Part shown: positions 32,701 to 34,999 of the stretch, one piece after another
Position numbering within the stretch: position 1 is the stretch's first letter
How the letters are laid out: every line of letters starts with the position of its first letter
Origin: Octopus bimaculoides
Taxonomy: Eukaryota
Length of the DNA: 34,999 nucleotides
Assembly (NCBI RefSeq): GCF_001194135.2
Contig: NC_068995.1
Span: forward strand, 37,159,052 to 37,194,050
Direction of reading: 5' to 3'
The notes under the pieces: generated by a model
The model's database searches: none
What the model saw: the letters and a program-made list of their open reading frames with translations, nothing else
Told to the model about the DNA's origin: nothing
Translations under genes and position numbers: made by a program

Positions 32701-34659
32701 ATACCGTTAAGACTACGCGTTAAGACTACGCGTTAAGACTACACTAGTATTTTAATGTTTAAATTGTCATTTATTATCTCATTCTATATTATCGATTTTC
32801 TTCGATTAGAAAATTATCTTTTCGTAAGCTAATGGTTATTTATCCCCTAAGGGCTTTATTCATAATTTCCTTAAATTTGTATCCGTAGGGCAAATACATT
32901 CAAATGGAGCTTTTTATCGAGGAACATGATGTGTCAATAGTCAAGCAATATATCTTTCACAAAGTCAGATCAACTTGATGTACAAGACATTTTGTGTACA
33001 CAGAGATCATACGACTAGAGAAAAGAAAAACAAAAAAATTAAAACGAAAAAAAGCAAATGCGCTGGGATGAATTCATTTTTCTTTTTCGGGACTAGCATA
33101 AGGAAAACGAAAGGAATGGTACTAACATCTAACAACAAATTAAAGTTTCCCATATGTTATCTCTCTTAGATAGTTAGCAACAAGCCATCCTTCATGAAAT
33201 GCAGATACCGCTGGGTTTATACAGTAGACTGGTTTTTTGAATTACAACGTAAATCTAAATCCAGTAATTCGAGGTAAGGTTAGAGTTTATATTATTCATA
33301 AAGGAAACCAAACACATTCCAAACATTAATGAGATTTGGGATGAAAAATACAATCATTGTGCCAGCAAACATAAGATTATAAAATCTGAAAAAAATCTTT
33401 AGACATCCTCCTCCTCCTCGTTATCATCATACTGGGATGTGTTGGGCGGGTCCAACACCACATCTGCCTGCCTGTCCGTCTGTCTGTATGTCTATCTATA
33501 CGTTACCCCACTTTCTTTCACAACTAATCCAACTCTTCAATTGCTTTTGAAGACACAATACTGATTTCGTTTGTATTTAGATGTTTTGCTGTTTTCATCT
33601 TCACCACTGCTGAAAACTAATCCAGATTAAAACATTTTTCCAGCGTGCAATTCTGTATGATATATGTTTTGAACTTATTGAAGATCCTGCACTTATACTG
33701 GCGCTGATATTATCTCCTGATGGGGTCAAGCACCTGCTTCAGATACACTAAAGTGTCTCGTATATTTTGTCCTAAAATTTCAATTTGGTTTGGCTTATGA
33801 ACCTCTATCATTTAGAAAATATGTAACAAAATTTAAAAAAGTAAAACTGGCGCATTACACTACTTTAAGAGTGCGATTTATTTCATTATCGAGAAAGTGA
33901 AAATGAAATTAAAGATGAAAGAGAAAAGAAGCTGGAGAGACAAAGAGGCAATGTGGTTTCTCAATAATACACAAAAATTAAAGAAAGTGTCCAAAACCCA
34001 AACTGAATGTAGTGGAATCTGCAGAAATCGACGGTGATATAAACCTGGAAGCAACTGCTTATTAGACATATTTCAAAACTATTTTGATGCAAATAATATT
34101 ACAAAGACTATTTGCTGAAATTGTGTCTTCAAAGTAATCTAATGTACTGTTATAAAATTTGGTTTCGAAACTTTTATATAATTTAGTAGTTTCAAACTTT
34201 GCAGAGAAAAGAATAGCTGGTGGATAAGAATACAATTTAAAACATCGTCATTCAAGATCACATACGTTTACAAAATTTACGTATGCGTCTTCGTATTTTA
34301 CGATGTTGATTAATTTTTATTCCTTCCTACCCACCCCAACGCCAACATCTGCCGAAGCTACATTGGGATGTTTCTAAAAACGCTGGATATTCAGAGAATC
34401 TATAACAATAATTGTAGTAAAAAAATGGAGAGGCGATGATTAAAAAGGAAAATGAAGACTAATATTGCAAAACTCTCTCTCTATCTCACTCTATATATAT
34501 GTGTATGTATGCATGTATATTTATATATATATATGTATGTTTATATATATATATATACTCACACACACATGTATATATATATCTATATATGAATACATCT
34601 AATTCCTCAGGAATATATGTAGCCATATTTACATTCGTAAGTAAACACACACATACACT

Positions 34660-34826
34660 AGGAGTGGCTGTGTGGTAAGTAGCTTGCTTACCAACCACAT
34701 GGTTCCCGGTTTAGTCCCACTGCGTGGCACCCTGGTAAGTGTCTTCTACTATAGCCTCGGGCCGACCAAAGCTTTGTGAGTGGATTTGGTAGACGGAAAC
34801 TGAAAGAAGCCCGTCGTATGTATATG

Positions 34827-34869
<43 letters not shown>

Positions 34870-34999
34870 GCGTGTGTATGTTTGTGTGTTTGGGTTTGTC
34901 CCCCCAACATCGGTTGACAACCGATGCTGGTGTGTTTATGTCCCCGTAACTTAGCGGTTCGGCAAAAGAAACCGATAAAATAAGTACTAGGCTTACAAA
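34660..34999 (+). mobile_element. SINE family A (tRNA head, CORE-like segment, internal microsatellite, 3' module); runs off the window end
   Basis: The head is GGAGTGGCTGTGTGGTAAGTAGCTTGCTTACCAACCACATGGTTCCCGGTTTAGTCCCACTGCG, followed by GGCACCCTGGTAAGTGTCTTCTACTATAGCCTCGGG, a (TA/TG)n tract and the 3' module. It is homologous to many other copies in the window. Confidence 0.9.

Noticed and set aside
32705-32742. 13-bp unit CGTTAAGACTACG repeated three times; also the 21-bp direct repeat at 24338-24381
   Set aside because: These are local slippage duplications without spacers, so they are not CRISPR-like and have no evident function.
33170-33273. Plus-strand AG...GT-bounded open segment (IVSNKPSFMKCRYRWVYTVDWFFELQRKSKSSNS)
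   Set aside because: No recognisable homology or partner exons; expected by chance in 35 kb.

Overview
This is eukaryotic, AT-rich, repeat-dense genomic DNA with seven N gaps (about 2.7 kb in total). The SINE families and microsatellite load match what I recall of octopus (coleoid cephalopod) assemblies; the species is an inference. Only one host coding exon is well supported: a 158-nt minus-strand cadherin-repeat exon at 28171-28328, with branch point, acceptor and donor. The rest of the window is probably its very large introns. The window holds a near-complete DD34D mariner with TIRs and TA target duplication, a DD37D (maT) transposase relic, two RTE-clade LINE fragments, an R4/Dong-type RLE LINE fragment, a palindromic MITE, a long inverted duplication, at least four tRNA-derived SINE families and many microsatellites. 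The most interesting signals are: (i) a minimal type-I hammerhead ribozyme of the Penelope-associated kind at 8007-8055, with a possible second decayed copy at about 32100; (ii) an RTE LINE ending in three degenerate C2H2 zinc fingers; (iii) two long near-perfect inverted repeats that would form dsRNA in pre-mRNA; (iv) an unidentified decayed AT-rich block of paralogous coding-like repeats at 28.6-30.4 kb. There is no prokaryotic system, CRISPR array, rRNA or true tRNA gene. Most ORFs in the supplied track are microsatellite or N-gap artefacts. All alignments, translations and folds were done by eye, so repeat boundaries without a TSD or TIR are approximate.
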